From an uncultured Pseudomonadales bacterium (GTDB lineage Bacteria; Pseudomonadota; Gammaproteobacteria; Pseudomonadales; JAHEIH01), in NCBI GenBank assembly GCA_964598145.1, contig CAZRAM010000004.1, positions 100,337 to 164,336 on the forward strand: DNA of 64,000 nt, written 5' to 3'. Every line of letters begins with the position of its first letter. Position 1 is the first letter of the stretch. The notes under the pieces are model-generated. The model was not told where the DNA came from. It worked only from the letters and a program-made list of their open reading frames with translations, and did no database searches. Below, piece by piece: positions 40,786-51,546 of the stretch. Both the position numbers and the translations under genes were made by a program.

Positions 40786-40848
40786 AGAAATTAGGGTGCG
40801 GATTTTACAGCATGCGCGCTGAGATTTCAGCAACTATTAATCAATAGA

Positions 40849-41781
40849 TTAAGGCTGCACATCAACCGGCTTCGGCACATCCCGCTGCGCCATCGCCTTG
40901 TACAATTTGTCGCGAATAGTTTCGCTAGGTTCCTTGGCTAAACGTACCGTCGTTCTGCGATTCAACGAACGATTGTTAGCATTGGTATTAGGTTTCACTG
41001 GGTAGAAATCAGCGTGATAGCGCAATGCCACAAAGTCGGGGTTCACCCCCTGCTGGATTAAATACAAGGCCACTTGCTCGGCTCGATTGCGAGATAACTC
41101 AAAGTTGTCGTTGCGATCGCCGACATTATCGGTGTGGCCATCAATATAGACAGCATTGACCTCAGTATCTGCTTTAACATACCGAGCGACGTTTCGAAGC
41201 AGTTCCCTGTCGGCCTCACTCAGTTTGTACCCTCCACTTGTAAAGGTAATTTTACTTCTCTCAATTTGTTCAAAGTTATAGGGCAACAACTGCGCCATGC
41301 AATCTTGGAATTCTCGGTAAGCACTCCTGAAACGCACAGGCACCACCGCGACACGATCTTTGCGGGTGGCACTCGGACTGAGGTCGCGAATTTCTGCCGA
41401 ATACCCTAGCAGCAGCCCTTCGAGTAATTGCTTGGATAACGCGTCATCAAAACGCACCCGATCGCGCCGCTCGACCGCAAACTGATGCACCTCTCGGCCA
41501 TTGAGAAAGTCATTCCAGATGGGCGCAACCAAGTTCACACTGGCATTGTCACGCATAGGTAGTTCGCTGGACGCCTCAACTTCAAAGCGCAGCTTATCAC
41601 CGGCCCGCTGCATGAAACGCGCCTCTCCCATCACGGGAATAGCCTGGGTGACACGACATTCAAAGGGCGAGGCTGATACTCGCCAGTCCGCCTGCCCTAC
41701 ATCGGCGCTATAGTTGATAGCGTGAACAGGCATAGCGGCCAAAAAACACAGGATTATCAGTCGTTTTAAACGGGCGATCAT
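40849..41781 (-). CDS. motY: MotY-like flagellar motor protein (N-terminal MotY domain + OmpA/peptidoglycan-binding domain)
   Basis: [39 protein letters not shown] resembles the MotY N-domain. The C-terminal OmpA-like region is [25 protein letters not shown]. It lies between argG and pyrC, as P. aeruginosa motY does (from memory). Start set to ATG 41781 (GGAGG 9 nt upstream). Confidence 0.7.
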   Translation of the reverse strand: MIARLKRLIILCFLAAMPVHAINYSADVGQADWRVSASPFECRVTQAIPVMGEARFMQRAGDKLRFEVEASSELPMRDNASVNLVAPIWNDFLNGREVHQFAVERRDRVRFDDALSKQLLEGLLLGYSAEIRDLSPSATRKDRVAVVPVRFRSAYREFQDCMAQLLPYNFEQIERSKITFTSGGYKLSEADRELLRNVARYVKADTEVNAVYIDGHTDNVGDRNDNFELSRNRAEQVALYLIQQGVNPDFVALRYHADFYPVKPNTNANNRSLNRRTTVRLAKEPSETIRDKLYKAMAQRDVPKPVDVQP

Positions 41782-41907
41782 GGGCGGCATCCTCCAACTC
41801 TTAGGCTATCGGCGTGTGGACAAAATTCTGAAGGAGTCTGTCAGCAGTGCGGCATTTGCGATAACATAGGCACCAATTTACAGCGACCCCCATATATGGA
41901 GACAGGC

Positions 41908-42945
41908 ATGCAGCGGTTAGAAATTCGTCGCCCTGACGATTGGCATATTCACCTTCGCGACGGTAACTATTTAGCATCGACCTGCCGCGATGCCGCCCGC
42001 TATTTTGGCCGCGCCATCATCATGCCAAACCTGACCCCACCGGTGATGAACGTCGATCAAGCCCTCGCCTATCGCGACCGCATCAATGCCGCACAAGCGG
42101 ACTGCCCTCGCCAGTTCGAACCCTTGATGGTGCTCTATCTGACGGACAAAACCAGCCCCGCAGATATCGCCGCCGCCGCCGCCAACCCCTTTGTGCACGC
42201 CGCCAAGCTCTACCCCGCTGGGGCAACGACCAATTCGGACTCTGGCGTCACCGACCTCAACAATATCTGCGATACCCTCGCAGCCATGGAAGAGCACCAG
42301 TTTCCTCTGCTTGTACACGGAGAAGTGACCGCCTCGCACGTGGATATTTTTGACCGTGAAAAAGCCTTCATCGACCAACAGTTAAGCTGGATTTTGCAGC
42401 ACTACCCCAACATCAAAATGGTCTTGGAACACATCACCACTGCAGATGCCGTGGCCTTTGTGGAAGCGGCCGGTAGCAACGTGGGCGCTACCATTACCGC
42501 CCACCACCTGCTGTACAACCGCAATCATATGTTAGCCGGTGGTATTCGCCCCCATTTCTTCTGTCTACCCATTTTGAAACGCGGCACCCACCAAGAAGCG
42601 CTGCTTAAGGCCGCCACCAGTGGTAATCCCAAATTCTTCCTCGGCACCGATTCGGCCCCGCACGCCACCCATCGCAAAGAAACCAGCTGCGGTTGCGCGG
42701 GTTGCTACACCGCTTACGCGGCCATCGAACTTTACGCCGAGGCCTTCGATCAAGCTGGCGCTCTTGACAAGCTAGAAGGCTTTGCCAGCGAGTTTGGGGC
42801 CGATTTCTACGGCTTACCCCGCCATGAAGACCGCATTGTTCTAGAGCGCACCGAATGGACCGCGCCGAGCAGCATCGACTTCGGCGGCGAACACCTGACA
42901 CCACTGCGTGCGGGTGAACACCTTCAATGGCGCGTTGTCGCCTAA
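41908..42945 (+). CDS. pyrC: dihydroorotase
   Basis: [13 protein letters not shown] metal-binding motif. ATG 41908 is preferred (GGAGA ribosome-binding site 5 nt upstream); ATG 41896 is also possible. Confidence 0.9.
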   Translation: MQRLEIRRPDDWHIHLRDGNYLASTCRDAARYFGRAIIMPNLTPPVMNVDQALAYRDRINAAQADCPRQFEPLMVLYLTDKTSPADIAAAAANPFVHAAKLYPAGATTNSDSGVTDLNNICDTLAAMEEHQFPLLVHGEVTASHVDIFDREKAFIDQQLSWILQHYPNIKMVLEHITTADAVAFVEAAGSNVGATITAHHLLYNRNHMLAGGIRPHFFCLPILKRGTHQEALLKAATSGNPKFFLGTDSAPHATHRKETSCGCAGCYTAYAAIELYAEAFDQAGALDKLEGFASEFGADFYGLPRHEDRIVLERTEWTAPSSIDFGGEHLTPLRAGEHLQWRVVA

Positions 42946-42954
42946 GGAACCCTC

Positions 42955-43626
42955 ATGGATGAAGCCTTCCTGAACCCCGAGGTTTACGAGAAGTCGCCGC
43001 TAGCGCTGCGCTTCAGGGGTTTTCTGCCAGTTGTAATAGACTTAGAAACGGGCGGATTTAACGCCACCACTGACGGAATTCTAGAGATCGCCGCCACCAT
43101 TATTGATATGGATGACGATGGCCAGTTGTGCTTGGGAGCGACCTACGACTACCAAGTCGAACCGTTCCCTGGCGCCAACCTAGAGGCATCCGCGCTTGAT
43201 TTCACTGGCATCGACCCCGATGACCCTGACCGCAACGCGCAGTCAGAAGAAGAAGTGCTCAAGCAGCTCTTCAACCACGTCCGCCGCGCCGTTAAAGACA
43301 CCGGCTGTACCCGCGCCGTATTGGTAGGGCACAACGCCCACTTTGATCACGGCTTTATGCGCGCCGCTGTCGATCGCTGCGCCATCAAACGCGACCCCTT
43401 CCACCCCTTCTCTTGCTTCGATACCGCGTCGCTATCGGGTTTGGCACTTGGCCAAACCGTGCTCGCCAAAGCCTGTAAAACCGCCGGCATCGAATTCAGC
43501 AATAGCCAAGCACACTCGGCTAGATATGACACCGTAAAAACCGCAGAATTGTTTTGCTGGATCGTCAATCGGTGGAAGAATCTAGGGGGATGGGATAGCG
43601 AGCGACACCTCCCCAACTTCGACTAG
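42955..43626 (+). CDS. rnt: ribonuclease T
   Basis: DEDDh exonuclease motifs ([31 protein letters not shown]). 223 aa. Confidence 0.9.
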   Translation: MDEAFLNPEVYEKSPLALRFRGFLPVVIDLETGGFNATTDGILEIAATIIDMDDDGQLCLGATYDYQVEPFPGANLEASALDFTGIDPDDPDRNAQSEEEVLKQLFNHVRRAVKDTGCTRAVLVGHNAHFDHGFMRAAVDRCAIKRDPFHPFSCFDTASLSGLALGQTVLAKACKTAGIEFSNSQAHSARYDTVKTAELFCWIVNRWKNLGGWDSERHLPNFD

Positions 43627-43660
43627 GTGTTGCCGCCCCGCTCACAATCAGGAGAGCGTT

Positions 43661-44947
43661 ATGCGTAAACACCTACTTGGACTTATCACCTGCGCTGTCT
43701 TCAGCCACAGCGTGCACAGCGATATCATCTATGCCGGCACCTTGATCGACGGCAGCGGCAAGGCGCCGCGCGATACTGTGTCTATCGTAATTGAAGGCAA
43801 TAGCATCAAAGCCATCGAGAGCGGCTTTATCGACCCCGCGGGTGACAAGGTCATTGACCTACGCGACTATACCGTTCTGCCAGGCTTGATGGACATGCAT
43901 GTCCACCTCGACGGCGAGTACGACCGAGGCTCTTACCTCGGACGCTTCACACGCAACGAAGCCGACTACGCCTTGAATGCGGCCTACTTTGCCAATAAGA
44001 CATTGATGGCAGGGTTCACCACCGTGCGCAACCCAGGGGACAACTTTAATTCCACCATTGCCCTGCGCAAGGCCATCGATAGCGGCAAGGCCAGCGGCCC
44101 ACGCATTTTTAGCGCCGGCAAGAGTTTGGCCACTACCGGTGGCCACGCCGATCCGACCAATGGTTTTCGCCACGATCTGATGGGTAGCCCGGGCCCCGAA
44201 GCAGGCGTCATTAATGGTGCCGCCGATGCCTGGCAAGCTGTTCGCCAACGCTATAAAGACGGCGCTGACTTTATCAAATTAACCGTAACGGGCGGCGTGT
44301 TGAGCGTTGCTAAAAGCGGCGACAACCCACAGTTCAGTGATGAGGAACTCGAGGCGGTGATGGCGGCAGCCAAGGATTACAACTTCCACGTCGCCGTGCA
44401 CGCCCACGGGGCCGAAGGTATGAAACGCGCCTTGCGCGCTGGTGCCAAGACAGTGGAACACGGCACCTACATGGATGCCGAGGCGATGAAACTGATGAAA
44501 CGCAACAAGGCCTTCTACGTGCCCACCATTACGGCGGGCAAGTGGGTAGCCGAAATGGCCAAAGAAGAAGGCTACTACCCTGCCCTGGTTCGCCCCAAAG
44601 CCGCTGCGATTGGCCCGTTAATTCAAAATACCTTTGCCAAAGCCTACAGCGAAGGGGTGCCTATTGTATTTGGCACCGATGCTGGGGTCTTCCCCCACGG
44701 CCTCAATGCACGTGAGTTTGGCTACATGGTAGAGGCCGGCATGCCAGCCATGGAGGCCATCGTAAGCGCCACCAAAACCGCCGCCGAACTACTGCAGATC
44801 GACGATAAACTTGGCACTGTAAGCGCAGGCAAACTAGCGGATATTGTAGCGGTAAAAGGCGACCCACTCAGCAATATTAAGGTCTTGGAAGACGTCCAAT
44901 TTGTAATGAAGGATGGCGTCGTATACAAACACAGCGAGAACAAATGA
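43661..44947 (+). CDS. secreted amidohydrolase family metallohydrolase
   Basis: Signal peptide; [11 protein letters not shown] metal-binding HxH; later VAVHAHG and GTDAG motifs. Confidence 0.8.
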   Translation: MRKHLLGLITCAVFSHSVHSDIIYAGTLIDGSGKAPRDTVSIVIEGNSIKAIESGFIDPAGDKVIDLRDYTVLPGLMDMHVHLDGEYDRGSYLGRFTRNEADYALNAAYFANKTLMAGFTTVRNPGDNFNSTIALRKAIDSGKASGPRIFSAGKSLATTGGHADPTNGFRHDLMGSPGPEAGVINGAADAWQAVRQRYKDGADFIKLTVTGGVLSVAKSGDNPQFSDEELEAVMAAAKDYNFHVAVHAHGAEGMKRALRAGAKTVEHGTYMDAEAMKLMKRNKAFYVPTITAGKWVAEMAKEEGYYPALVRPKAAAIGPLIQNTFAKAYSEGVPIVFGTDAGVFPHGLNAREFGYMVEAGMPAMEAIVSATKTAAELLQIDDKLGTVSAGKLADIVAVKGDPLSNIKVLEDVQFVMKDGVVYKHSENK

Positions 44948-45609
44948 TGAAACCAGCCGACGTTGCCGCCAAACGCTACGCCACCAAAGTGTTTGATCCC
45001 AAGCGGCGCGTGAGCGACGACGATTTTGCGCAACTGATGGCGGTGATGCGCCTAGCACCTTCGAGCGTCAACACCCAACCGTGGCACTTTTTTGTGGCAG
45101 CCGATGAAGACGCTAAGAGCCGACTGGCGGCAGCGGCAGCGCCGTCTGGCAGTATTTATGCCTACAACGCGCCTAAAATCCTAGCCGCCTCGCACTCGGT
45201 ATTGTTTTGTGCCAAGCAGTCTTTAAGCGATGATTATTTGCACCATTTGAGTGAGGTAGAACAGGTCGATGGCCGTTACAAAACACCAGAGGCTCGCAGT
45301 AACTATCAAAATACCCGCCAACAGTTCGTCAACATCAATCGCGAGGACGCCCGTGGCTTGTCCGACTGGTGCGCCAGGCAAGTGTACTTGAATATGGGGG
45401 CGAGCTTAATGGCGGCGGCGCAGATGGGCATTGATGCCCTTCCCATGGAAGGCATCGACATTGAAGGGTTGATTGAGGCACTGGATCTTAACGACCAAGG
45501 CCTGCAGCCATTGGCCATTGTCTGTTTTGGTTACGCCGCGCAAGACGACTTTAACGCTGATTTACCCAAATCTCGCCTTCCATTGGGCGAGCTTTTCACC
45601 CAACTTTAG
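44944..45609 (+). CDS. nitroreductase family protein (NfsB-like)
   Basis: RYATKVFDP...[13 protein letters not shown] is typical of oxygen-insensitive nitroreductases. The start overlaps the upstream stop (ATGATGA). Confidence 0.8.
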   Translation: MMKPADVAAKRYATKVFDPKRRVSDDDFAQLMAVMRLAPSSVNTQPWHFFVAADEDAKSRLAAAAAPSGSIYAYNAPKILAASHSVLFCAKQSLSDDYLHHLSEVEQVDGRYKTPEARSNYQNTRQQFVNINREDARGLSDWCARQVYLNMGASLMAAAQMGIDALPMEGIDIEGLIEALDLNDQGLQPLAIVCFGYAAQDDFNADLPKSRLPLGELFTQL

Positions 45610-45617
45610 GAGTGGCC

Positions 45618-46100
45618 ATGCACATTTTTACCACTGGCGGCACCATCGATAAAATCTACTTCGACGCACAGAGTGAATTTCAGATCGGTGAACCACAGAT
45701 TTCACGCTTGCTGCATGAGGCCAACGTCAACTTCACCTACCAGGTAACGTCGCTATTGAAAAAAGACAGCCTAGACATGGACGACGCCGACCGAGCCTTG
45801 ATCAAAGAGGCCGTGCATGGCTGTAGCGAGCAACATATCTTAATCACCCACGGCACCGACACCATGGTGCAAACCGCACAGGCGATCGGCGAGCTACAAA
45901 ATAAAACCGTGGTATTGGTGGGTGCGATGCAACCGGCACGCATTATTGCCAGTGACGCGGTGTACAACATTGGCTTTGCTAGCGCCGCCTGCCAGCTACT
46001 GCCAGCAGGGGTTTACATCGCCATGAATGGGGAGATTTTCCGCCCCGATGATGTGGCCAAAGACCGCACTACCATGAGCTTCAAAAAGACGTCGACCTAA
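45618..46100 (+). CDS. stand-alone asparaginase/glutaminase N-terminal-domain protein (160 aa)
   Basis: Both threonine motifs of the L-asparaginase N-domain are present (TTGGTIDK and THGTDTM), but the protein ends where the C-terminal domain would start. ATG 45618 has an AGGAG ribosome-binding site. Confidence 0.7.
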   Translation: MHIFTTGGTIDKIYFDAQSEFQIGEPQISRLLHEANVNFTYQVTSLLKKDSLDMDDADRALIKEAVHGCSEQHILITHGTDTMVQTAQAIGELQNKTVVLVGAMQPARIIASDAVYNIGFASAACQLLPAGVYIAMNGEIFRPDDVAKDRTTMSFKKTST

Positions 46101-46139
46101 AAATAGTGATCAACGCAGTAATGCCAACGTAACTAGCTC

Positions 46140-47813
46140 CTAGAAGGAAACGCGTTTATAAGCACGATACTCCGGATGCCACCAGAAGCGCTCAATCCGC
46201 GCATCCATCTCTTCAGGATCACGCAGCTTGGCGTAACCGTCCTCAATAGCCTGGGTGTAAACCGCATAGGCTATAGCGTGGCTGATTTTTCGAATGTTGC
46301 TCAAAGGTGGCAACAAGGGGCCTACGCCATCCTTCACGCGGGGTGATTGACGCGCTAATTCTTCTGCCGCCGCCATCAACATACTATCGCTGATGCGGGT
46401 CGATTTACTCGCCAGTACACCCAAGCCAAGGCCGGGGAAAATGTAGCTGTTGTTGCACTGCGCAATCGGATAGACCTCGCCATTCAACTCAATGGGCTTG
46501 ATTGGGCTGCCAGTAGCGATAATAGCTTTGCCGTTGGTCCACTTCAAAATATCCGCGGGGACGCCTTCCATGTGCGAGGTGGGGTTTGACAGCGGAAATA
46601 CAATCGGCTGATCAGTGTTGCGCTGCATGATATTTATCAACAGCTCATCGAACAAACCGGGCTTACCGGTAACACCCACCAAGACGGTGGCTTTAGAATT
46701 TTCAACCACCGAGTGCAGCACTTCGCTGCTAGACCAGTCAGCCACCAACTCATTGGGATACGCCAATTTCTGTTGGCCGTCGGTCATGCCATCCATGCTC
46801 TGCAGGAACAGACCGTGTCGACCGACCAAAAAGATGCGGCGACGCGCTGCTTCTTCGCTACTACCCTCGCGCACCATTTTCTGGATGATCGATTCGGCAA
46901 TACCACAACCGGCTGAACCACCACCGACAATCACCACGCGCTGATCAGATAGCTTCTCGCCTTTGGCGTGAGCAGCTGCAATAAGCGTTGCCACAGTGAC
47001 AGACGCTGTACCTTGAATATCGTCATTGAACGAGCACAGCTCATCGCGGTACTTTTCCAACAAACGATACGCGTTTTTGTTAGCAAAATCTTCAAATTGC
47101 AGTATGGCATCGGGGTAGCGACGCTTTACCGCTTGAATAAACAAATCGATAAATTCATCGTACTGCTCGCCATCGATGCGTTTGTGGCGCCACCCCATGT
47201 ACATGGGGTCATTCAGCAGCTCTTCATTATTACAACCACAGTCGAGTACCACGGGCAGTGTATTTGCGGGGCTGATACCCCCACAGGCGACATAGAGAGA
47301 CAATTTACCAATCGATATCCCCATGCCACCAATGCCTTGGTCACCCAAGCCGAGGATGCGTTCGCCATCGGTCACCACAATGACACGCACGTTTTGCTTG
47401 GTCGCGTTGTGCAGAATCTCATCGATGCGATGGCGGTCTTCGTAGCTGATAAACAAGCCACGGGCGCGGCGATAAATGTGCGAAAAGTTCTGACACGCCT
47501 CACCTACTGTCGGGGTGTAGATTAAAGGCATAATTTCTTCTAAATGTTCCACCACCAAGCGATAAAAGAGTGTCTCGTTGGTGTCTTGGATATTGCGCAA
47601 GAAAATGTGTTTGTCGATCGGCGTTTCAAATGACGTCAGCTGCTCATAGGCACGGCCGACCTGCTCTTCGATGGTTTCAACAATTGATGGCAACAAGCCA
47701 TCCAAGTTGAACTCAGCACGCTCTTGTGGTGTAAAACCGCTCGCTTTGTTCAACAGGGGAGATTCCAATAACATGTGTCCCGCATAGGGGATATAAATGG
47801 GGTTAGAACTCAT
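46140..47813 (-). CDS. maeA: NAD-dependent malic enzyme
   Basis: 557 aa. Malic enzyme signature region [11 protein letters not shown] and dinucleotide site [13 protein letters not shown]. Confidence 0.9.
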   Translation of the reverse strand: MSSNPIYIPYAGHMLLESPLLNKASGFTPQERAEFNLDGLLPSIVETIEEQVGRAYEQLTSFETPIDKHIFLRNIQDTNETLFYRLVVEHLEEIMPLIYTPTVGEACQNFSHIYRRARGLFISYEDRHRIDEILHNATKQNVRVIVVTDGERILGLGDQGIGGMGISIGKLSLYVACGGISPANTLPVVLDCGCNNEELLNDPMYMGWRHKRIDGEQYDEFIDLFIQAVKRRYPDAILQFEDFANKNAYRLLEKYRDELCSFNDDIQGTASVTVATLIAAAHAKGEKLSDQRVVIVGGGSAGCGIAESIIQKMVREGSSEEAARRRIFLVGRHGLFLQSMDGMTDGQQKLAYPNELVADWSSSEVLHSVVENSKATVLVGVTGKPGLFDELLINIMQRNTDQPIVFPLSNPTSHMEGVPADILKWTNGKAIIATGSPIKPIELNGEVYPIAQCNNSYIFPGLGLGVLASKSTRISDSMLMAAAEELARQSPRVKDGVGPLLPPLSNIRKISHAIAYAVYTQAIEDGYAKLRDPEEMDARIERFWWHPEYRAYKRVSF

Positions 47814-47909
47814 AATTTCCGTTTATTCCGTGAATTGTGTTTTGCTAAATAGTAACACTGCAGTGGGGCAGTAATAAATCAATGTTCTCAATAGTTTGTA
47901 TCGCAATAG

Positions 47910-48806
47910 CTAATATGATTGCGCGAGTGCAACCCTCGACCGACTGGGGCGATCCAAAAGGCTCGAAATGGCGTTGCCGACAGTCATTAACTTTGCCAGA
48001 TCGATACCGGTATCTATACCCATACCGTTTAGCATATACAGCACATCTTCAGTGGCGACATTTCCATTGCTCCCCGGGGCGTATGGGCATCCACCAAGAC
48101 CAGCCACTGAAGCGTCGATGGTGGCGATACCGTATTGCAGACCACAGGAAATATTAGCCAATGCCTGGCCATAGGTGTCATGACAGTGCAAGGCCAAGCG
48201 ATCGGACCCAAGTTTGGGTATGAGCACATCCAATAATCGCGACATACTGCCTACAGTACCAACCCCAGTCGTATCGGACACCACCACCTCATAGCAGCCC
48301 AGGTCTAGGAGACGCAGGCATACATCTAGCACCGCTACAGGTGCCACGTCACCGTTGTAGGGACAGCCCAACGAGCAGGACACATACCCCCTCACACGGA
48401 TGCCATCTTGCTTGGCCTGATGGAAGACATCGGCAAATCGCTCCAAGCTCTGTGAGATAGAACAATTGATATTCTTTTGGTTAAATGCTTCCGAAGCGGC
48501 CGTAAAAACCGCCACCTCACTTGCACCAACCGCCAATGCGCGCTGGTATCCTTGCAGGTTGGGCACCAACGCGCGGTAGTTTACGCCGGATCGGCGGGCT
48601 ATCTGTTCAAAAACAGCCTCGCTGTTAGCCATCTGCGGCACCCATTTAGGGTTAACAAAGGCACCTACCTCAATATCCGCCACCCCCGCGTCGGCTAAGC
48701 CTTCCACGAGACGGACTTTCTGATCAATGCTGATACTGGCCGTTTCATTCTGCAGACCGTCTCGCGGCCCCATCTCCACTATGGTGACATGCTTAGGTAG
48801 GCTCAT
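47910..48806 (-). CDS. liuE: hydroxymethylglutaryl-CoA lyase
   Basis: VTIVEMGPRDGLQNE N-terminus and the GGCPYAPG motif. It is the last gene of the liu block. Confidence 0.85.
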   Translation of the reverse strand: MSLPKHVTIVEMGPRDGLQNETASISIDQKVRLVEGLADAGVADIEVGAFVNPKWVPQMANSEAVFEQIARRSGVNYRALVPNLQGYQRALAVGASEVAVFTAASEAFNQKNINCSISQSLERFADVFHQAKQDGIRVRGYVSCSLGCPYNGDVAPVAVLDVCLRLLDLGCYEVVVSDTTGVGTVGSMSRLLDVLIPKLGSDRLALHCHDTYGQALANISCGLQYGIATIDASVAGLGGCPYAPGSNGNVATEDVLYMLNGMGIDTGIDLAKLMTVGNAISSLLDRPSRSRVALAQSY

Positions 48807-50749
48807 ATCGAGGCCTCATTGGATAAAAACTCCACCAGCGTTTGCCCGCCGTCGACTAATTCTCCAGCAGCAGCCCGGTAGCTTACTACCACGCCATCGT
48901 CAGGCGCTTTAAGCGAATATTCCATTTTCATCGCCTCCATCACTAACAAAGTATCCCCCTTGCTCACGCGCGTATTCGGTTCAACACAACAGGCCACCAC
49001 GCGACCGTTCATCGGGGCAATCAGCGCCGCATCATCCGCCGCATCGTGTGCGCGCCATTCGGGCACTGGCCAGCGAATTTGCTGCGCCGATAGTCTACCC
49101 ATGACCCGCAGGCCATCGCGTAATGCGATGACGGTAAAGGCATAGTTACCTCCCTGGTAACCAAGACGCCACTGGTCGCCATGCCATTCAGCCACCAGGT
49201 GATATTGCTGATCGCCATGACTCACGCACCAACCCTGCTCATCACGAGCGACACGCCACACTTGTCCGGCAACCTGTATGGTGTGTTGTGCCGGTAAATT
49301 AAAGCGACGGTAGGGTTGCCTTAGCCAGACATTATCGGCCCGGGGGGCGAGCATCTGTTGCAGGGCAACCACGGCGCCTAAAGGTAAGGGTTCATGCCAT
49401 TGCATTAACTCGTCCAGCCGTTCGTTTAAGAACGCGGTCGACACCTCGCCCTCGACAAATGAAGCATGTCCTAACACGCTGTAGAGAAAATCCAAATTGT
49501 GTGCGACACCTTCGAGGCGATATTCGCGCAGCGCCTCACGACAACGCGCAAGTGCCGCCGATCGATTAGTACCGTATCCAATCACCTTGGCTATCATGGG
49601 GTCGTAGTAAGGGCTAATTTGATCCCCCTGCACCACGCCGCTATCGATACGCAACCCCTTAGTCGAGACAGGCTCACGGTAGACCTCAAGTCGACCCGAG
49701 GCCGGTAAGAATCCTGCCGTCACATCCTCAGCATAGATCCGCAGTTCGATGGCATGCCCAACAAGGCTCACCTCTTGCTGTGTGATGCCCAGCGGCTGAC
49801 CATCCGCCACTGCCAATTGCATCGCCACCAGATCCAGTCCAGAAATCGCCTCGCTGACGGGGTGTTCCACCTGTAGGCGTGTGTTCATCTCCATAAAGTA
49901 GAAAGCGCCGTCTTGATAGAGAAACTCAATCGTACCCGCGCCGCAATAGTTGATGGCCTCAGCGGCCGCGACGGCCGCTTCGCCCATAGCTTTTCTAACC
50001 TCATCTGCCAATCCTGGCGCGGGTGCTTCTTCAATAATCTTTTGATGGCGGCGCTGTACCGAACAATCGCGATCGCCTACATAAATCGCCTTGCCATGCT
50101 GGTCGCACATCAACTGCACCTCAATATGGCGAGGCGTCAGCAGGCACTTTTCAATCAGCATATGGTCATCACCAAAACTGGCGAGGGATTCACGCTTTGC
50201 CGCCGCTAGCGCCTCAGCAAATTCGTCAGGACTATCCACCCGACGCATCCCCTTGCCCCCGCCGCCGGCAGACGCTTTTAACAAAACAGGGAAGCCTATC
50301 TCGATAGCGGCAGCCAGTAGTGCATCCGCGGATTGATCCTCGCCGTGATAACCCGGCACCACAGGTACGCCTGCCGCCTGCATGGTCGCCTTAGCGCGCG
50401 ACTTGGAACCCATTGCCTCGATAGCATCGGCGCTCGGCCCTACAAAAGTGATGCCGGCCTTGTCACAGGCGCGGCTAAAGTCGGCATTTTCACTCAAAAA
50501 GCCGTAGCCAGGGTGGATGGCGTCCGCGCCCGCACGTTTAGCTATCTCTAACACACGATCGGCTCGCAAGTATGACTCGCCCGCAGGCGCCTCACCCACA
50601 CAGTAGGCCATGTCTGCTAACACAACGTGTTGGGCATCGGCATCTATCGTAGAGTGGATCGCCACCGTTTCAATTCCCATGGCCTTGGCAGTGCGGATAA
50701 TTCGGCAGGCGATTTCTCCGCGATTAGCAATTAATAGCCGTTTCATCAC
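48803..50749 (-). CDS. liuD: 3-methylcrotonyl-CoA carboxylase alpha (biotin carboxylase + BCCP) subunit
   Basis: LLIANRGEIACRIIRTA, GGGGKGMR and the C-terminal biotinylation motif EAMKME. 4-nt overlaps with both neighbours. Confidence 0.9.
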   Translation of the reverse strand: MMKRLLIANRGEIACRIIRTAKAMGIETVAIHSTIDADAQHVVLADMAYCVGEAPAGESYLRADRVLEIAKRAGADAIHPGYGFLSENADFSRACDKAGITFVGPSADAIEAMGSKSRAKATMQAAGVPVVPGYHGEDQSADALLAAAIEIGFPVLLKASAGGGGKGMRRVDSPDEFAEALAAAKRESLASFGDDHMLIEKCLLTPRHIEVQLMCDQHGKAIYVGDRDCSVQRRHQKIIEEAPAPGLADEVRKAMGEAAVAAAEAINYCGAGTIEFLYQDGAFYFMEMNTRLQVEHPVSEAISGLDLVAMQLAVADGQPLGITQQEVSLVGHAIELRIYAEDVTAGFLPASGRLEVYREPVSTKGLRIDSGVVQGDQISPYYDPMIAKVIGYGTNRSAALARCREALREYRLEGVAHNLDFLYSVLGHASFVEGEVSTAFLNERLDELMQWHEPLPLGAVVALQQMLAPRADNVWLRQPYRRFNLPAQHTIQVAGQVWRVARDEQGWCVSHGDQQYHLVAEWHGDQWRLGYQGGNYAFTVIALRDGLRVMGRLSAQQIRWPVPEWRAHDAADDAALIAPMNGRVVACCVEPNTRVSKGDTLLVMEAMKMEYSLKAPDDGVVVSYRAAAGELVDGGQTLVEFLSNEASI

Positions 50750-51537
50750 GAATCTCCGTGCCAGGCCGCGGGGCGTTTTTGAAGAAAGGCTTGGATTCCC
50801 TCTCTCCCCTCCGCCGAACCGCGCAAGCTGGCAATAAGATGGCTGGTATGGCGCTTGGTATCCGCACCAATGCTCTGATAGGCCACCTCAGTCGCCAAGC
50901 GCTTGGTGACTGCCATGGCGGCAGGGCCATTGCGAAGCAGTTGCGCAATCACCGCCGCCGATGCCTGCGGCAATGCCTCATCGTCGACGAGGTGCGACAA
51001 TAGCCCCATGCGGAGGGCGTCGTCAGCACTAAATGACAGGCCGCTCATGGAATAGCGCTTAAAGGCTTTAACACCGATGGCCTCTACCACAAAGGGGCTG
51101 ATCACTGCTGGTACCAAGCCAAGTGCCACTTCAGATAGGCAAAACTGCGCCTTTGGCCCACCAATGGCAAAATCACACGCCGCCACTAAGCCCACACCAC
51201 CACCATAGGCAGCGCCGTTAACCAAGGCAATGGTCGGCTGTGACATTTGATATAGCGCGTTATACATGTCCGCCATGCGTCCAGCATCGCTGAGATTGGT
51301 ATCGAAATCGTAGTCCGCCATGCGCTTCATCCACGCCAGATCCGCACCCGCACTAAAACTCTTACCCTCGCTTTGTAAAACCAACACTCGCGCCGCGGGG
51401 GTCTCTGCGATCTCAGCCAAAGTATCGATCATCGACTCGATCATCGTGTCGTCAAAGGCGTTGTGCACCTCTGGACGGCGCAGGGTGATCGTGGCCACAC
51501 CACGCTCATCCAGTTGGTAGTCTATCCTGTCTGGCAT
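50746..51537 (-). CDS. liuC: methylglutaconyl-CoA hydratase (crotonase family)
   Basis: Crotonase fold (FSAGADL, NGAAYGGG). The specific assignment comes from its position between liuB and liuD. Confidence 0.8.
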   Translation of the reverse strand: MPDRIDYQLDERGVATITLRRPEVHNAFDDTMIESMIDTLAEIAETPAARVLVLQSEGKSFSAGADLAWMKRMADYDFDTNLSDAGRMADMYNALYQMSQPTIALVNGAAYGGGVGLVAACDFAIGGPKAQFCLSEVALGLVPAVISPFVVEAIGVKAFKRYSMSGLSFSADDALRMGLLSHLVDDEALPQASAAVIAQLLRNGPAAMAVTKRLATEVAYQSIGADTKRHTSHLIASLRGSAEGREGIQAFLQKRPAAWHGDS

Positions 51538-51546
51538 ACCAATCTC

